From contig JAXLXH010000001.1 of NCBI GenBank assembly GCA_046328015.1, positions 3,173,135-3,237,134 on the forward strand: 64,000 nt of DNA, in the 5' to 3' direction. This DNA comes from Candidatus Sericytochromatia bacterium. Its GTDB lineage: Bacteria; Cyanobacteriota; Sericytochromatia; UBA7694; JACMQJ01. The notes below the pieces were generated by a model, which was not told the DNA's origin, searched no databases, and saw nothing but the letters and a program-made list of their open reading frames with translations. Shown here one piece after another: positions 1 through 10,289 of this stretch (position 1 is the stretch's first letter; each line of letters opens with the position of its first letter). Made by a program: the position numbers and the translations under genes.

Positions 1-1046
1 TCCTCAAAATATAAATAATTACTTACATCCAAATCAAAAACATGAATATTTAAATCTCTATAAGAGCAATAAGAAGCAATATTTTCCAAGGAAACCCATT
101 CACCTTCAGGCATATTTTTTATTAGTGTTAAGAGTTCTTTTTTATTAGTAATATTTCTACTTTCATAGTCTTTAGAGTTTTTTAATTCAGATTTACCTTT
201 TATATGGTTTATTAATGAGTCTAATAAAAAATGATCTCCTTCTACTAAAGCGTATAATGCTTTTCTTAAAATCATTAAATTATTATCATCATTTTTATCA
301 TGAAAATTTTTGAAAAAAGAAATTATTAATTCAGTTCTTAAATTTTCTAAGTTTTTATCTTGTGTAGCTTCATAAAATTCAGATATTTCACAAAAATCCT
401 TCATATTTCTTATAGAAGTTGGAGAAGGTTTATCTTGTTTTGAAAAAGTTATATTATCTTTAGTTACATAGTTATTATAAATAGAAATATCTTTTATTAA
501 AGTTCCATTACTAATAAAAGTAAATTCAGTTAATTCTTCTACTCTTCCTACAGGAATAATATTATAAAATTCTGGATGAGAAAGATATTTTTTAGTAGCT
601 TTTCTTAGTTCATCTGGTAAAAATAACTTATATTCAAAAGAGCCTGGTGTAATACCAGAAATTTTTTCAGAGCAAATAATACTAAAAAGAGGATTTAAAT
701 TTATTTTTGGTTCTTTTATGAGTATTTTTACCTCTAAATCTTTATCCAATTCTTCTGGTGTATATTTTATTCCAGACCAAGTTATTTTTTCAAAAACTTT
801 TTTTACATCATTAGGTAAATTTGACATCAATTCATTAAAAGAAACATCACTTGAAATTATATTAGTAAAAATTCTAGCTAATTCTTTTTTTTGAAGCTTT
901 TGATCCGAATTTGTAGTACCTTTATGCTCTAATTTTACATTTGGATTAGGTTCAAATTGTTTAAAATAATCCTTATATAATCTCAAGAGAGAATCTAAAG
1001 AATAAAAACTCTCTATAGAATTTTCTATTTTATCTCTATTTTCCAT
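1..1046 (-). CDS. hypothetical protein, N-terminal part only (C-terminus beyond left window edge); translationally coupled to upstream SNF2 helicase
   Basis: Manual minus-strand translation from ATG 1046-1044 (MENRDKIENSIESFYSLDSLLRLYKDYFKQFEP...) appears open to position 1; absent from ORF track because no stop in window. Helicase stop TAA (1049-1047) directly abuts this ATG. Confidence 0.55.
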   Translation of the reverse strand, partial: MENRDKIENSIESFYSLDSLLRLYKDYFKQFEPNPNVKLEHKGTTNSDQKLQKKELARIFTNIISSDVSFNELMSNLPNDVKKVFEKITWSGIKYTPEELDKDLEVKILIKEPKINLNPLFSIICSEKISGITPGSFEYKLFLPDELRKATKKYLSHPEFYNIIPVGRVEELTEFTFISNGTLIKDISIYNNYVTKDNITFSKQDKPSPTSIRNMKDFCEISEFYEATQDKNLENLRTELIISFFKNFHDKNDDNNLMILRKALYALVEGDHFLLDSLINHIKGKSELKNSKDYESRNITNKKELLTLIKNMPEGEWVSLENIASYCSYRDLNIHVFDLDVSNYLYFE

Positions 1047-3884
1047 TTATTTACCTAGTATATATTCAAAATCGTCTTCAGTTAACGATTTTATTGATGC
1101 ATCGTCAGAAGAAATAATAGTATCAAATAGTTCTATTTTTTTCTCTTGTAATTGTAATATTTTTTCTTCTATAGTATCTTTAGTAATTAATTTGTAACTA
1201 AAAACAGTTTTATCTTGACCTATTCTGTGAGCCCTATCAATTGCTTGATTTTCTGCGGCTTTATTCCACCAAGGATCAAAGATAAAAATATAATCTGCTG
1301 CTGTAAGATTAAGACCTAATCCGCCGGTTTTTAAAGTCATTACAAAAACTTTATATTCAGGGTCATTTTGGAATTTTTCTACTATTTCAGCTCTATTTGT
1401 AGTAGATCCTGTCATAGTAAGATGTTTTATTCCTTCTTTTTCTAAATCTTTAGATATTTTATCAACTACATTTAAAAAGTTTCCAAATACTAATACTTTA
1501 TGTTTATTAGAAATAACTTCTAAAATATTTTCTATTAAAATTTCTCTTTTTGGAGATATAATAGTATCATCAGTTTTTGATTCAGGAATAGAGGCTATTT
1601 GCCTTAATTCATTAAGAGCTTGAAGAATATAGAACTGAGATTTTGAAATCCCAGAACTAGATATTTGTTCTCTTATTGATTTATAATAGAAATTTCTTCT
1701 TTGTTCATAAAATTCTTTTTGTTCTGGACTCATTTCTACAAAAATAGTTTGTTCTATTTTTTCTGGTAATTCTTTTAGAACGTCTTTTTTTAATCTTCTT
1801 AAAATAAAAGGATAAATTTTTCTTTTTAATTCTTGAGTTACTTCTTTATTATTTTCTTTTTGTATTGGATAAGCATAATTTTTATTAAAATCATCTATAG
1901 TTCCAAACATAGAAGAGTTTAAAAATCTAAATAATGAGAATAATTCACCTAAATTATTTTCAAAAGGAGTACCACTTAAAGCTAATTTATATTTAGCTTT
2001 TAAATGCATAACAGCTCTTGAAATCTGAGAAGTTGAAGTTTTTATATTTTGAGATTCATCAAGAACTACATAATAAAAATCTTCTTCTCTAAATTTATCA
2101 CTTTCATTTCTTAACATAGAATAAGTAGTTAAAATTAAATTTTTGGTTTTAGCTTCTTTTATATCCCTATTTTGACCATAAAAGCTATAATATGTAATAT
2201 TAGGAGTGAATTTTCTTATTTCATTTTCCCAGTTAAATAATAAACTTTTTGGCATTACTATTAAAGAAGGAATATCTTGTTTTTCTGGATAAATAGAAGA
2301 TAATAAAGCTAAAGTTTGAACTGTTTTACCCAAACCCATATCATCTGCCAAGCAACCACCTAATTGGTTTTTCTCTAGGTATTTTAACCATTTAAATCCT
2401 TGTTCTTGGTAGTTTCTTAAATCTGTTTTTACAGAATCTTTTTCAAATGGTATTTCATTTATATTATTAAAACCATCTAAAATTTCTCTAGATTTTTTGA
2501 AAATTTCTGGGCTTAAATTTTCATCAATAAGCTCTTCTATTATTGGTAAATCAAAAAATGATACTTTAATTTTATTTTTTTCTTTTTTGAATAATCTTTT
2601 TAATTTATCCATATAAGATTTATTTATGATAGCATTTGTACCATCTTTTAAAATAATATTAGTATTTTTATTATAATTATCTATAAAATCATGAATACTA
2701 AAAAATTCGCCTTCTAATTCAACTTCACCACTACCTTCAAGAAAATCTATTCCATGGCTTAAAGATAAATGTAATTTAGGTTTTATTGTTTTTACTTTCA
2801 TTTCAGAAAGATTTTCGGTTCCTATAACATTATATTTAGATCCTAAAACCGGAAGTTCTTTATATATAATATCTTTAGCTACATTTTCTTCTATAATAAA
2901 CGTATCATCTATATAAAAAACATTATTTTTTATAGTGTATTGTTTTTTATACTTAGAAAGTAATCTTTCAAAATCTTCTATATAAAATTCTTTATTTTTT
3001 TCTAAAATTTTACTTACAAAAATAGTTTTTAATTCATCATTAACAAAAGCATATTTAGAAATATCATAATCTTGGAATAGTTTATAATCTGTATTAGAAA
3101 TGGATTTTAAAATTTTTATGTTTAAGTTTTTATCTTTGTCTATTTTTTCTATAGATAATACAGGAGATACAGTTTTATCTTCTCCTATTACAACATCATA
3201 ATCTTTATAAAAAATATGTAATTGTTCAAAATTAGAATATAAAATAGAAAGATATTTTTCTAATTGATTGCTTTTTAAATTTATTTCTAAATCTTTTATA
3301 TTCGAAAAGTTTTTACCTATAGATTCTGTTTTATAAATTCTTGCATTTGCATAAAAATATTTTTCTGATAATGGGATAAAATGAATTAAAGTTTCTAAAC
3401 CGTTATATAAAGATAAAGTCGTAGCTAAAATACTTTCGCCTTCTATAGTTAATCTTATTTTAGATTTTTCTGTATCAAATGTAATTTTTCTAAAATTAGT
3501 ATCAACAAAGTAATTAGCCGATTCTAATTTTTCTAAAAGAGATTCATTTTCATCTAAGTAAATTTTATTATAATCTTTATTTAACCAATTAAAAGTAAGA
3601 TATTTTTTCTCGGTTATTTTCAAGATTTCTTTTACTAATTCAGAATCTTTTTTTCTTTCAAGAGCTCTAATATCTATTTCATTGTCATCTATATCAACAA
3701 CCTTTATATAAGCTCTTTTATCTAAATCGAAATTTAGTTGAAAATAGATATTATTATTTATATTACTATGATCTATTTTTTCAAATTTATCTATTTTATA
3801 CTTTTCAAAAAAATCTAATTTGCTATTACTCATTAATATTTTATTTATTACAATTTTATTTTTTAAGAAAAACACTATAAACAA
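1047..3884 (-). CDS. SNF2-family DNA/RNA helicase with ~490-aa N-terminal extension of unknown function
   Basis: Walker A LADDMGLGKT, DESQ box, helicase-C block LKTGGLGLNLTAADYIFIFDPWWNKAAENQAIDRAHRIGQ. Track start is TTG; first ATG is at codon 18 (3833). Confidence 0.85.
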   Translation of the reverse strand: MFIVFFLKNKIVINKILMSNSKLDFFEKYKIDKFEKIDHSNINNNIYFQLNFDLDKRAYIKVVDIDDNEIDIRALERKKDSELVKEILKITEKKYLTFNWLNKDYNKIYLDENESLLEKLESANYFVDTNFRKITFDTEKSKIRLTIEGESILATTLSLYNGLETLIHFIPLSEKYFYANARIYKTESIGKNFSNIKDLEINLKSNQLEKYLSILYSNFEQLHIFYKDYDVVIGEDKTVSPVLSIEKIDKDKNLNIKILKSISNTDYKLFQDYDISKYAFVNDELKTIFVSKILEKNKEFYIEDFERLLSKYKKQYTIKNNVFYIDDTFIIEENVAKDIIYKELPVLGSKYNVIGTENLSEMKVKTIKPKLHLSLSHGIDFLEGSGEVELEGEFFSIHDFIDNYNKNTNIILKDGTNAIINKSYMDKLKRLFKKEKNKIKVSFFDLPIIEELIDENLSPEIFKKSREILDGFNNINEIPFEKDSVKTDLRNYQEQGFKWLKYLEKNQLGGCLADDMGLGKTVQTLALLSSIYPEKQDIPSLIVMPKSLLFNWENEIRKFTPNITYYSFYGQNRDIKEAKTKNLILTTYSMLRNESDKFREEDFYYVVLDESQNIKTSTSQISRAVMHLKAKYKLALSGTPFENNLGELFSLFRFLNSSMFGTIDDFNKNYAYPIQKENNKEVTQELKRKIYPFILRRLKKDVLKELPEKIEQTIFVEMSPEQKEFYEQRRNFYYKSIREQISSSGISKSQFYILQALNELRQIASIPESKTDDTIISPKREILIENILEVISNKHKVLVFGNFLNVVDKISKDLEKEGIKHLTMTGSTTNRAEIVEKFQNDPEYKVFVMTLKTGGLGLNLTAADYIFIFDPWWNKAAENQAIDRAHRIGQDKTVFSYKLITKDTIEEKILQLQEKKIELFDTIISSDDASIKSLTEDDFEYILGK

Positions 3885-4075
3885 TAGTTTATAGTATCTT
3901 AGGATTAAATAATTTTATAATCCTAAACCTTTACTAAGTAAAACTTAGTATTAATTTTCAAACTACTTTTATCAAGTTAAGAACAGGTAAATTAGTATTA
4001 TACTATTAGATTGATTTTTATCAAATAAGATAATACTTATACTATTGTAATGAAGTTGAAATTAATTTATTAATT

Positions 4076-4119
4076 TTGAACTAGAAACTTAGACTAATTA
4101 GTCTAAGTTTCTAGTTCAA
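4076..4119. repeat. perfect 44-bp palindrome (20-bp arms, AATT centre) in divergent intergenic region
   Basis: ttgaactagaaacttagact aatt agtctaagtttctagttcaa read directly; followed by an A-run. Confidence 0.8.
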
Positions 4120-4140
4120 AAAAAATTCTTTTTATCTTAA

Positions 4141-4230
4141 CTCACCCCAACCCCTCTCTAAATCATTAGAGAGGGGTATCTTAGCTTTCTCCCCTTCTCT
4201 TTTAGCAAAGAGAAGGGGAAGGGGGATGAG
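4141..4230. repeat. nested palindromic repeat, family A copy 1 (REP-like)
   Basis: ctcaccccaacccctctctaaatcattagagagggg plus second hairpin ctccccttctcttttagcaaagagaaggggaag; GC-rich island in AT-rich DNA; related copy at 7263. Confidence 0.7.
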
Positions 4231-4391
4231 TTATGTAAAACTTACTTTACAGTGTACTAGCAACTTAAGTTAATTAGTTAAAAAAACTACTTATAAAACT
4301 TAAGGAATTTATATTTTACTTAATAACTAATTTTTTTAAAAAAGATATATAATTAAAAGGTTGTAAAAGATTTATATATGGGAGTGAAAAA

Positions 4392-4787
4392 ATGAAAATT
4401 AATAAATTATTAGTTTCAGCAATTGCTTTTTCATTAATAGCATTTAATGCTTACGCAAAAGAAATAAAATTTGGTAAAGATATTACACTAAAAGATAAAA
4501 CTTCTGTTTCTAAAATATTAGAGAACCCTAAAAGTTTTGTTGGTAAAACTTTATTAATAGAAGGAACTGTTTTAGATGTTTGCCCAAAAAGAGGTTGCTG
4601 GATGAAAGTATCTAGTGATAAGAAAAAAGAAAGTATTAAATTAAAAGTGGAAGATGGAGATATGATATTTCCAACCGATGCTTTGGGTAAAATGGTTAAG
4701 GCTGAAGGAACAGTTGTTTTCCAAAATATAGATGGTAAAAAAGTTTATGCTTTCAAACCAATTTCTGTTAGTATTACAGAAAAATAA
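4392..4787 (+). CDS. small secreted protein with conserved Cys pair (DUF4920-like, tentative)
   Basis: Signal peptide MKINKLLVSAIAFSLIAFNAYA; motif DVCPKRGCWMK; AGGAG-like RBS upstream. Confidence 0.6.
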   Translation: MKINKLLVSAIAFSLIAFNAYAKEIKFGKDITLKDKTSVSKILENPKSFVGKTLLIEGTVLDVCPKRGCWMKVSSDKKKESIKLKVEDGDMIFPTDALGKMVKAEGTVVFQNIDGKKVYAFKPISVSITEK

Positions 4788-4893
4788 TTTCGTGAGACGT
4801 GAATCGTAATTTTAAAGTTATTAAAATCAAGTTATTTGATTAAACTACAAAATACGATTCATAATTCACTATTCAAGACCCACAATAAAAAAA

Positions 4894-5460
4894 ATGAATG
4901 TAAGAAAATTAAATATATTATTTCATAGATATGTAGGCTATTTCTTTTTTGGGCTTACTATTGTTTATTCTGTTTCAGGATTTACCTTAAATCATCTGGA
5001 TGATTGGAATCCTAATTATGTTTTAAATAATAAAAAAATAGAAATTGAGCCAATAAAAAATAAAGAAGAATTATCGGAAGCAGAAGGTTATAAAATTTTT
5101 TATAAACTAGATATTTATGATAAAAATTTTAATTCAAAAAATGTTTTTTATCCTTCAGAAGATACTATTCAGGTTGTATTAGGTAAAGATAAAAAAATTA
5201 TAATTGATACTAAAAAAAATACAGCTAATTATGAATATACCTCAAGAAGACCTATATTTAATGCCTTAAATTTTTTACATCGAAATAAAATAAAAAAAGC
5301 TTGGACTTATTATGCAGATTTCTTTTGTATAGCTTTACTTCTGATAGCTATTTCTGGTATGTTTATGAAAAAAGGCCCAGAAGGAGTATGGGGTAAAGGT
5401 GGCGTAATAGCCTTGGCTGGTATGATAGCTCCTTTAGCTTTTATTTTAATTTATTATTAA
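4894..5460 (+). CDS. PepSY-associated TM helix-like membrane protein
   Basis: N-terminal HRYVGYFFFGLTIVYSVSGFTLNH and C-terminal hydrophobic helix. Confidence 0.5.
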   Translation: MNVRKLNILFHRYVGYFFFGLTIVYSVSGFTLNHLDDWNPNYVLNNKKIEIEPIKNKEELSEAEGYKIFYKLDIYDKNFNSKNVFYPSEDTIQVVLGKDKKIIIDTKKNTANYEYTSRRPIFNALNFLHRNKIKKAWTYYADFFCIALLLIAISGMFMKKGPEGVWGKGGVIALAGMIAPLAFILIYY

Positions 5461-5473
5461 TTCTAAGGAAAAT

Positions 5474-7225
5474 ATGAAATATTCAAAAATATATCCAAAA
5501 ACAAGAAAAGAAGATCCAAAAACAGTTGTTTCTAATGGAACAAAGTTTCTTATTAGAGGTGGTTTTATAGAGCAAGTTAGTAGTGGAATTTGGATTCTTT
5601 CAACTTTAGGTATTGCTGTAAAAAGAAAAATCGAGGCTATTGTTAGAGATGAAATGAATAAATCTGGAGCAGTAGAATTCGAGTTTCCTATTTTACAACC
5701 CAAAGAACTTTGGGAAGAAAGTGGAAGATGGGATAAATATATAGAGGCGGAAATAGCTTTTAGATTAAAAGATAGAAAAAATTTGGAGTATTTTTTGGCT
5801 CCAACAGCAGAAGAAGTAGTAACTAATTTTGCCAAAAAACATTTAAAATCTTATAAAAATTTACCAGTTAATATTTGGCAAATGAATCAAAAATTTAGAG
5901 ATGAAATTCGACCAAGACAAGGATTAATAAGAGGTCGTGAGTTTGTTATGAAAGATGCTTACTCATTTGATGAAACAGAACAAGGTATGGCTGAAATCTA
6001 TGAAAAAATGAACAATACTTATAACAAAATTTTTAGTAGATGTGGTCTTAATTTTATAAAAGTAGAAGCTGATAGTGGTTCTATTGGTGGTAGTAATAGT
6101 GCTGAATTTATGGCATTAACAGATATAGGTGAAGACACACTTCTTTTTTGTCCAGAATGTAACTATGGAGGTAATCAAGAAAAAGCTACTGCTTTATTTA
6201 ATTATGAACCAGAAACTTTAAATGATTTTATAGAACTCCCTACTCCTAATATTAGAACCGTTGAAGAATTAGTTGCTTTTACTAATATACCTAATCATAA
6301 AATGTTAAAAACAGTTATTTTAGAAGTAGATGGAGAACCTGTAATAGTATCTATAAGAGGAGATTTAGAAATTAGTGAAATAAAACTAGCAAATTTATTA
6401 GGGGCTAAAAATATAAAAAATGCTTCTCCTGAAACAGTTTTTAAGGTTACTAATGCTCCAGTAGGCTTTGCAGGACCAATTAATTTATATAAAAATACTA
6501 CTTATAAATACTTTTTTGATAAATCAGCAGAAGGATTACAAAACTTTTTATGTGGCTGTAATAAAGAAGATATACATGGGATTAATGTTAATTTTGAAAG
6601 AGATTTACCAAAACCTGATAGTTATCATGATCTTTCTAAAGCGGTTGCTGGTCAGAAATGTTCATCTTGTAAAAATGGAACTTTAAAACAATTACAAGGT
6701 GTTGAAGTTGGTCATATTTTCCAATTAGGACAAGTTTATTCTAAACCAATGAAAGCAACTTTTATTAATAAAGAAGGAAAAGAAGAGTTCTTTTATATGG
6801 GGTGTTATGGTATAGGTGTTTCTAGAATTTTACAAACAATAGCTGAACAATTTTATGATAATAATGGAATTATTTGGCCTTTATCTACTACTCCTTATCA
6901 AATTACAGTTTTACCTGCCAATGTAAAAGTTCATTTAAATGATGCTGAAAATATTTATAATAATTTAAAAGAACAAGGATTTGAAGTTCTTTTAGATGAT
7001 TCTGATACTAGAATGGGTGAAAAATTTATTAATGCTGAATTATTAGGTATTCCTTTACAAGTAGTAGTTGGTAAATCTTGGGAAGAAAATAAAAAAGTAG
7101 AAGTAAGATGGAGAAATCATAATAACTATGATCAAAGTATTTTTTCTATAAAAAAAGAAAAAGCTTTACCTTCTTGCGAAATGGATTTAGAAACATTATT
7201 TAATTTTATAAAAAAAGTTTTTTAA
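5474..7225 (+). CDS. proS: proline--tRNA ligase (class II, bacterial type)
   Basis: Motif 2 FRDEIRPRQGLIRGREFVMKDAYSFD, motif 3 GCYGIGVSRILQTIAEQ, 583 aa. Confidence 0.9.
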   Translation: MKYSKIYPKTRKEDPKTVVSNGTKFLIRGGFIEQVSSGIWILSTLGIAVKRKIEAIVRDEMNKSGAVEFEFPILQPKELWEESGRWDKYIEAEIAFRLKDRKNLEYFLAPTAEEVVTNFAKKHLKSYKNLPVNIWQMNQKFRDEIRPRQGLIRGREFVMKDAYSFDETEQGMAEIYEKMNNTYNKIFSRCGLNFIKVEADSGSIGGSNSAEFMALTDIGEDTLLFCPECNYGGNQEKATALFNYEPETLNDFIELPTPNIRTVEELVAFTNIPNHKMLKTVILEVDGEPVIVSIRGDLEISEIKLANLLGAKNIKNASPETVFKVTNAPVGFAGPINLYKNTTYKYFFDKSAEGLQNFLCGCNKEDIHGINVNFERDLPKPDSYHDLSKAVAGQKCSSCKNGTLKQLQGVEVGHIFQLGQVYSKPMKATFINKEGKEEFFYMGCYGIGVSRILQTIAEQFYDNNGIIWPLSTTPYQITVLPANVKVHLNDAENIYNNLKEQGFEVLLDDSDTRMGEKFINAELLGIPLQVVVGKSWEENKKVEVRWRNHNNYDQSIFSIKKEKALPSCEMDLETLFNFIKKVF

Positions 7226-7262
7226 TTCTAATACCCATTATAAAATAAAATTTTTTGTCAAA

Positions 7263-7300
7263 CTCACCCCAACCCCTCTCTAAACTTTAGAGAGGGGCTT
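7263..7300. repeat. palindromic repeat family A copy 2 (possible proS terminator hairpin)
   Basis: ctcaccccaacccctctctaaactttagagagggg, near-identical to 4141-4175; 38 bp downstream of proS stop. Confidence 0.65.
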
Positions 7301-7379
7301 TCTAATAAGTACTAAGGGGTCTTTTATAGCTAATCTCATATTTTTAGAATACAAATTTATAATTAGCTATACTTAAAAT

Positions 7380-7455
7380 TATTATAAAAACACACTTTGT
7401 CCTTCCGTAGTAGTATACGGAATCTAGTGTGTTTTTCTTATTTTAAAGCTATAAA
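7380..7455 (-). repeat. palindromic repeat family C copy 1 (bidirectional terminator-like hairpin between convergent genes)
   Basis: Reverse complement matches 15871-15945 and 52651-52720 (tttaaaat.agaaaaacacactagattccgta..ctactacggaagga..aagtgtgttttt); lies between proS (+) and permease (-). Confidence 0.6.
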
Positions 7456-7521
7456 AAGGAGGTCTGTTTTGAGACACTCCCTAGTAGATGAGTTATGAAA
7501 ATAAAGAAGAATAATTATAAA

Positions 7522-8856
7522 TTACTCATCTGTTTTTAAAAAATAATATAAAATAAAACCAATTAAAATAGTTCCAAATCCAGTTAGTGCTACTTTAGGT
7601 TCTTCGAAAATTGAATAAAAAATCATCCATAAAGATAATACTACAAAAATAATAGGTGTTAAGGGATAACCAAAAGTTTTATAAGTTCTTTCTAATTGAG
7701 GTGCTTTTATTCTCATCAAGATAACACCAAAAATACCAAGTCCTGCAAAAATAGAAATAGTAAAGCCAATATATTTTAGAAGGGTATCAAAAGCAGAAGA
7801 AAAAAACATTATAATAGATATTACCATTTGAAAATAAATAGCGTTGATAGGGATTCCATTTTTATTTTTTTTAGTAAAAAAGCTAAGTTTTTTAAAATCT
7901 TGCCCAACGGCTTCATACATTCTAGAGCCTGAAATAACCATAGCTCCAACTGCTGAAATTAAGCCAAAAGCTATTAATAAAGAAATAAAATTAGATCCTA
8001 TTTCTCCAAAAAGTGTTTTACCTGCTACTGCGGCAATTTCTTCTACTCCATCTAAAGTTTTATATGGAAGCATATATAAATAAACAAAATTAAGTCCCAT
8101 ATATAAAAGTGTTACTATAGCTGTGCCTAAAAAAAGTGAAATAGGAATAGATTTATTTGGTTCTTTCATTTCACCTGCAATATAACCTACAGCCTCCCAC
8201 CCACTATAAGCATAAGAAACATAAATAAGTGCTACAGCAAAAGCTGGCGAAAAAGCATAATTTAATTCATTACCACTAATTGGATAACTATTAAAACTAC
8301 CACTAAATATTCCGGCTATAATAAAAGTCATAATTAGAATAATTTTTCCTATTGTAAATAAATCTTGAAATTTAGCTCCATCTTCTGCTTTTAAAGTATG
8401 TATAAAAGAAGTAATAATTATTAAAAATAAACCTGCTACTGTTTTATTTATATCAAAAACTGTACTAAGATAACTTCCAAAAGCCATAGCTGATGAAGCT
8501 ATAGCAGCAGCAAAGCCTACCATTAAAGAAATCCAAGCACAACAAAAACCTAAAGCTTTATTATATACTTGTGTAATAATATTATATTCTCCTCCATTTT
8601 TAGGAAAAATAGTTACAAGTTCTGCATAAGATAAAGCTCCACATAAAGCAAAAAGACCTCCTAAAAGCCAAGAAAACATTATCATTAAAGGAGAATCTAT
8701 TGGTTTAATCATAAAACCTGTCGTAGTAAAAATACCAGTGCCAATCATAGTTGAAATAACTAAAAATGTACCAGTAGAAATACTTATTTTTCTCTCTTTA
8801 AGTTCTAAATTATTATTATTACCTAATTGAGAATTTATAAAATTATTTTCTTGCAT
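7522..8856 (-). CDS. APC-family amino acid permease
   Basis: About 12 predicted TM helices; N-terminal GTGIFTTTGFM-type signature; 444 aa. Confidence 0.8.
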   Translation of the reverse strand: MQENNFINSQLGNNNNLELKERKISISTGTFLVISTMIGTGIFTTTGFMIKPIDSPLMIMFSWLLGGLFALCGALSYAELVTIFPKNGGEYNIITQVYNKALGFCCAWISLMVGFAAAIASSAMAFGSYLSTVFDINKTVAGLFLIIITSFIHTLKAEDGAKFQDLFTIGKIILIMTFIIAGIFSGSFNSYPISGNELNYAFSPAFAVALIYVSYAYSGWEAVGYIAGEMKEPNKSIPISLFLGTAIVTLLYMGLNFVYLYMLPYKTLDGVEEIAAVAGKTLFGEIGSNFISLLIAFGLISAVGAMVISGSRMYEAVGQDFKKLSFFTKKNKNGIPINAIYFQMVISIIMFFSSAFDTLLKYIGFTISIFAGLGIFGVILMRIKAPQLERTYKTFGYPLTPIIFVVLSLWMIFYSIFEEPKVALTGFGTILIGFILYYFLKTDE

Positions 8857-9023
8857 ATAAAATACCTAAATAATTGTTTTTTAATTATACATAAACAAAA
8901 ATAGGTTGTAAAAAAGTAAATCTTATTTTTTATTTATTAGCTAGCATCTTATTTTTTGTTTATTATTTTGATAAAATATAATTCTAAATTATTTTTTTAT
9001 TGCAAGAGCAATTTTAATTTTTA

Positions 9024-9629
9024 ATGAGTACTCCTGTATCATTGCAGAAATGTTTGGAATCTATCTTAGATAGAAGTCAGGCAAAAAGATATTTAAGAAA
9101 TGCTGGTAAAACATCTTTACCTGCTAGAACTTATTATAATAATGCCTTAAGAGATCTTAGTAAAAAAGATAGTGAAGGAGCTATTCATAACCTTATTATT
9201 GCACTTGATACAGAAAGAGACAATGAACCATCTCTGCACTTAGTAAAAACTATGCTATTTGGATTAAGTAAAAAATTTCATGAAGCAGGTGGAGAAGATT
9301 ACAAAAGAAAATATGTAACTTTAGCAAATTGGATTAACATAATAGAAAAAGAAATTGTAGAAGTAGATAAAGTTATTTTATCTTTAAAAAATGAAAAATT
9401 ACAAAATCAAAAAAAAGGCTTATGGTTTTTATTACAAAAAACCTTTTTTAAAAATAGTATCAAAAATTATGATGCTATAATACAAAAGCATCTAAATAAA
9501 AAAGAAGAATTAAAAGATCAATTATCTTTTGCTGCTAAATTATCTCAGATAGGTGAGTATGCAAAAGTGTTAAGTACTATATTAGAAATTTGCTTATACC
9601 CTGCTCGTTATTCTTGGGTTGTAGCTTAG
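9024..9629 (+). CDS. hypothetical protein
   Basis: 201-aa ORF, no motif recognised; likely operon with next gene. Confidence 0.5.
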   Translation: MSTPVSLQKCLESILDRSQAKRYLRNAGKTSLPARTYYNNALRDLSKKDSEGAIHNLIIALDTERDNEPSLHLVKTMLFGLSKKFHEAGGEDYKRKYVTLANWINIIEKEIVEVDKVILSLKNEKLQNQKKGLWFLLQKTFFKNSIKNYDAIIQKHLNKKEELKDQLSFAAKLSQIGEYAKVLSTILEICLYPARYSWVVA

Positions 9630-9641
9630 GAAGGATTAGTT

Positions 9642-10211
9642 ATGAAAAAAATAGTATCAAAAGTATCTGTTTTATTATCTGCTCTAGTTTTTACAGTAGC
9701 TTTTTCTAACACTGCAAAAGCACTTGATCCTACTGAGTATTTAGAATCAAGAACTATAAAAGCTCAAAAAGAACCTGTAAGCCATGATTGGTATGATTAT
9801 AAAAGAGGTCTTTTTGTTGCAGAGCAAAGCAAAAAATATGTTTTGGTTAATTTTTATAATAAAGATGATAAATTCTCTCAAAAATTATTAAAATCTTATG
9901 AAGATCCAGAAGTAAAAGCTCTTTTGAAAGAAAAATTTGTAACTATTAATGTTGATGGTACGTCTAATTATAGAATTGAATCTAATAAAAATATGGTAGA
10001 AAAAGAACTTTTAAAAAAATACGAAATAGAAGTTTATCCTACTATGGCTTTTTTGGATTATAAAGGTAAACAAGTTAGTGGACAAGTAAAAGGATATTTA
10101 CCACCTGATAAATTATTAGTTATTTTAAATTATATTTCTACAGAATCTTACAAAAAAACAACTCTTTTAGCTTATGAAAGAAGTTTTAAAAAAAATAGTA
10201 ATAATAAGTAA
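9642..10211 (+). CDS. secreted thioredoxin-fold protein (no CxxC seen)
   Basis: Signal peptide; thioredoxin-like pattern VLVNFYNKDD...YPTMAFLDYKGK. Confidence 0.5.
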   Translation: MKKIVSKVSVLLSALVFTVAFSNTAKALDPTEYLESRTIKAQKEPVSHDWYDYKRGLFVAEQSKKYVLVNFYNKDDKFSQKLLKSYEDPEVKALLKEKFVTINVDGTSNYRIESNKNMVEKELLKKYEIEVYPTMAFLDYKGKQVSGQVKGYLPPDKLLVILNYISTESYKKTTLLAYERSFKKNSNNK

Positions 10212-10289
10212 ATTTTTAAAATTTAAAATTTAGAATTTTTTAATAGCTTTATTTTTTAAACCAATAATTTACTAATACTATAAAATTAA

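Noticed and set aside
3833-3884. TTG start of the SNF2 helicase at 3884
   Set aside because: First 17 codons are hydrophobic and preceded by no RBS; the ATG at 3833 (MSNSKLDFF...) is the more likely start, but track coordinates were kept for the feature.
5446-5835. 129-aa minus-strand ORF overlapping the proS start
   Set aside because: Antisense to a confidently assigned gene; low-complexity translation typical of spurious AT-rich ORFs.
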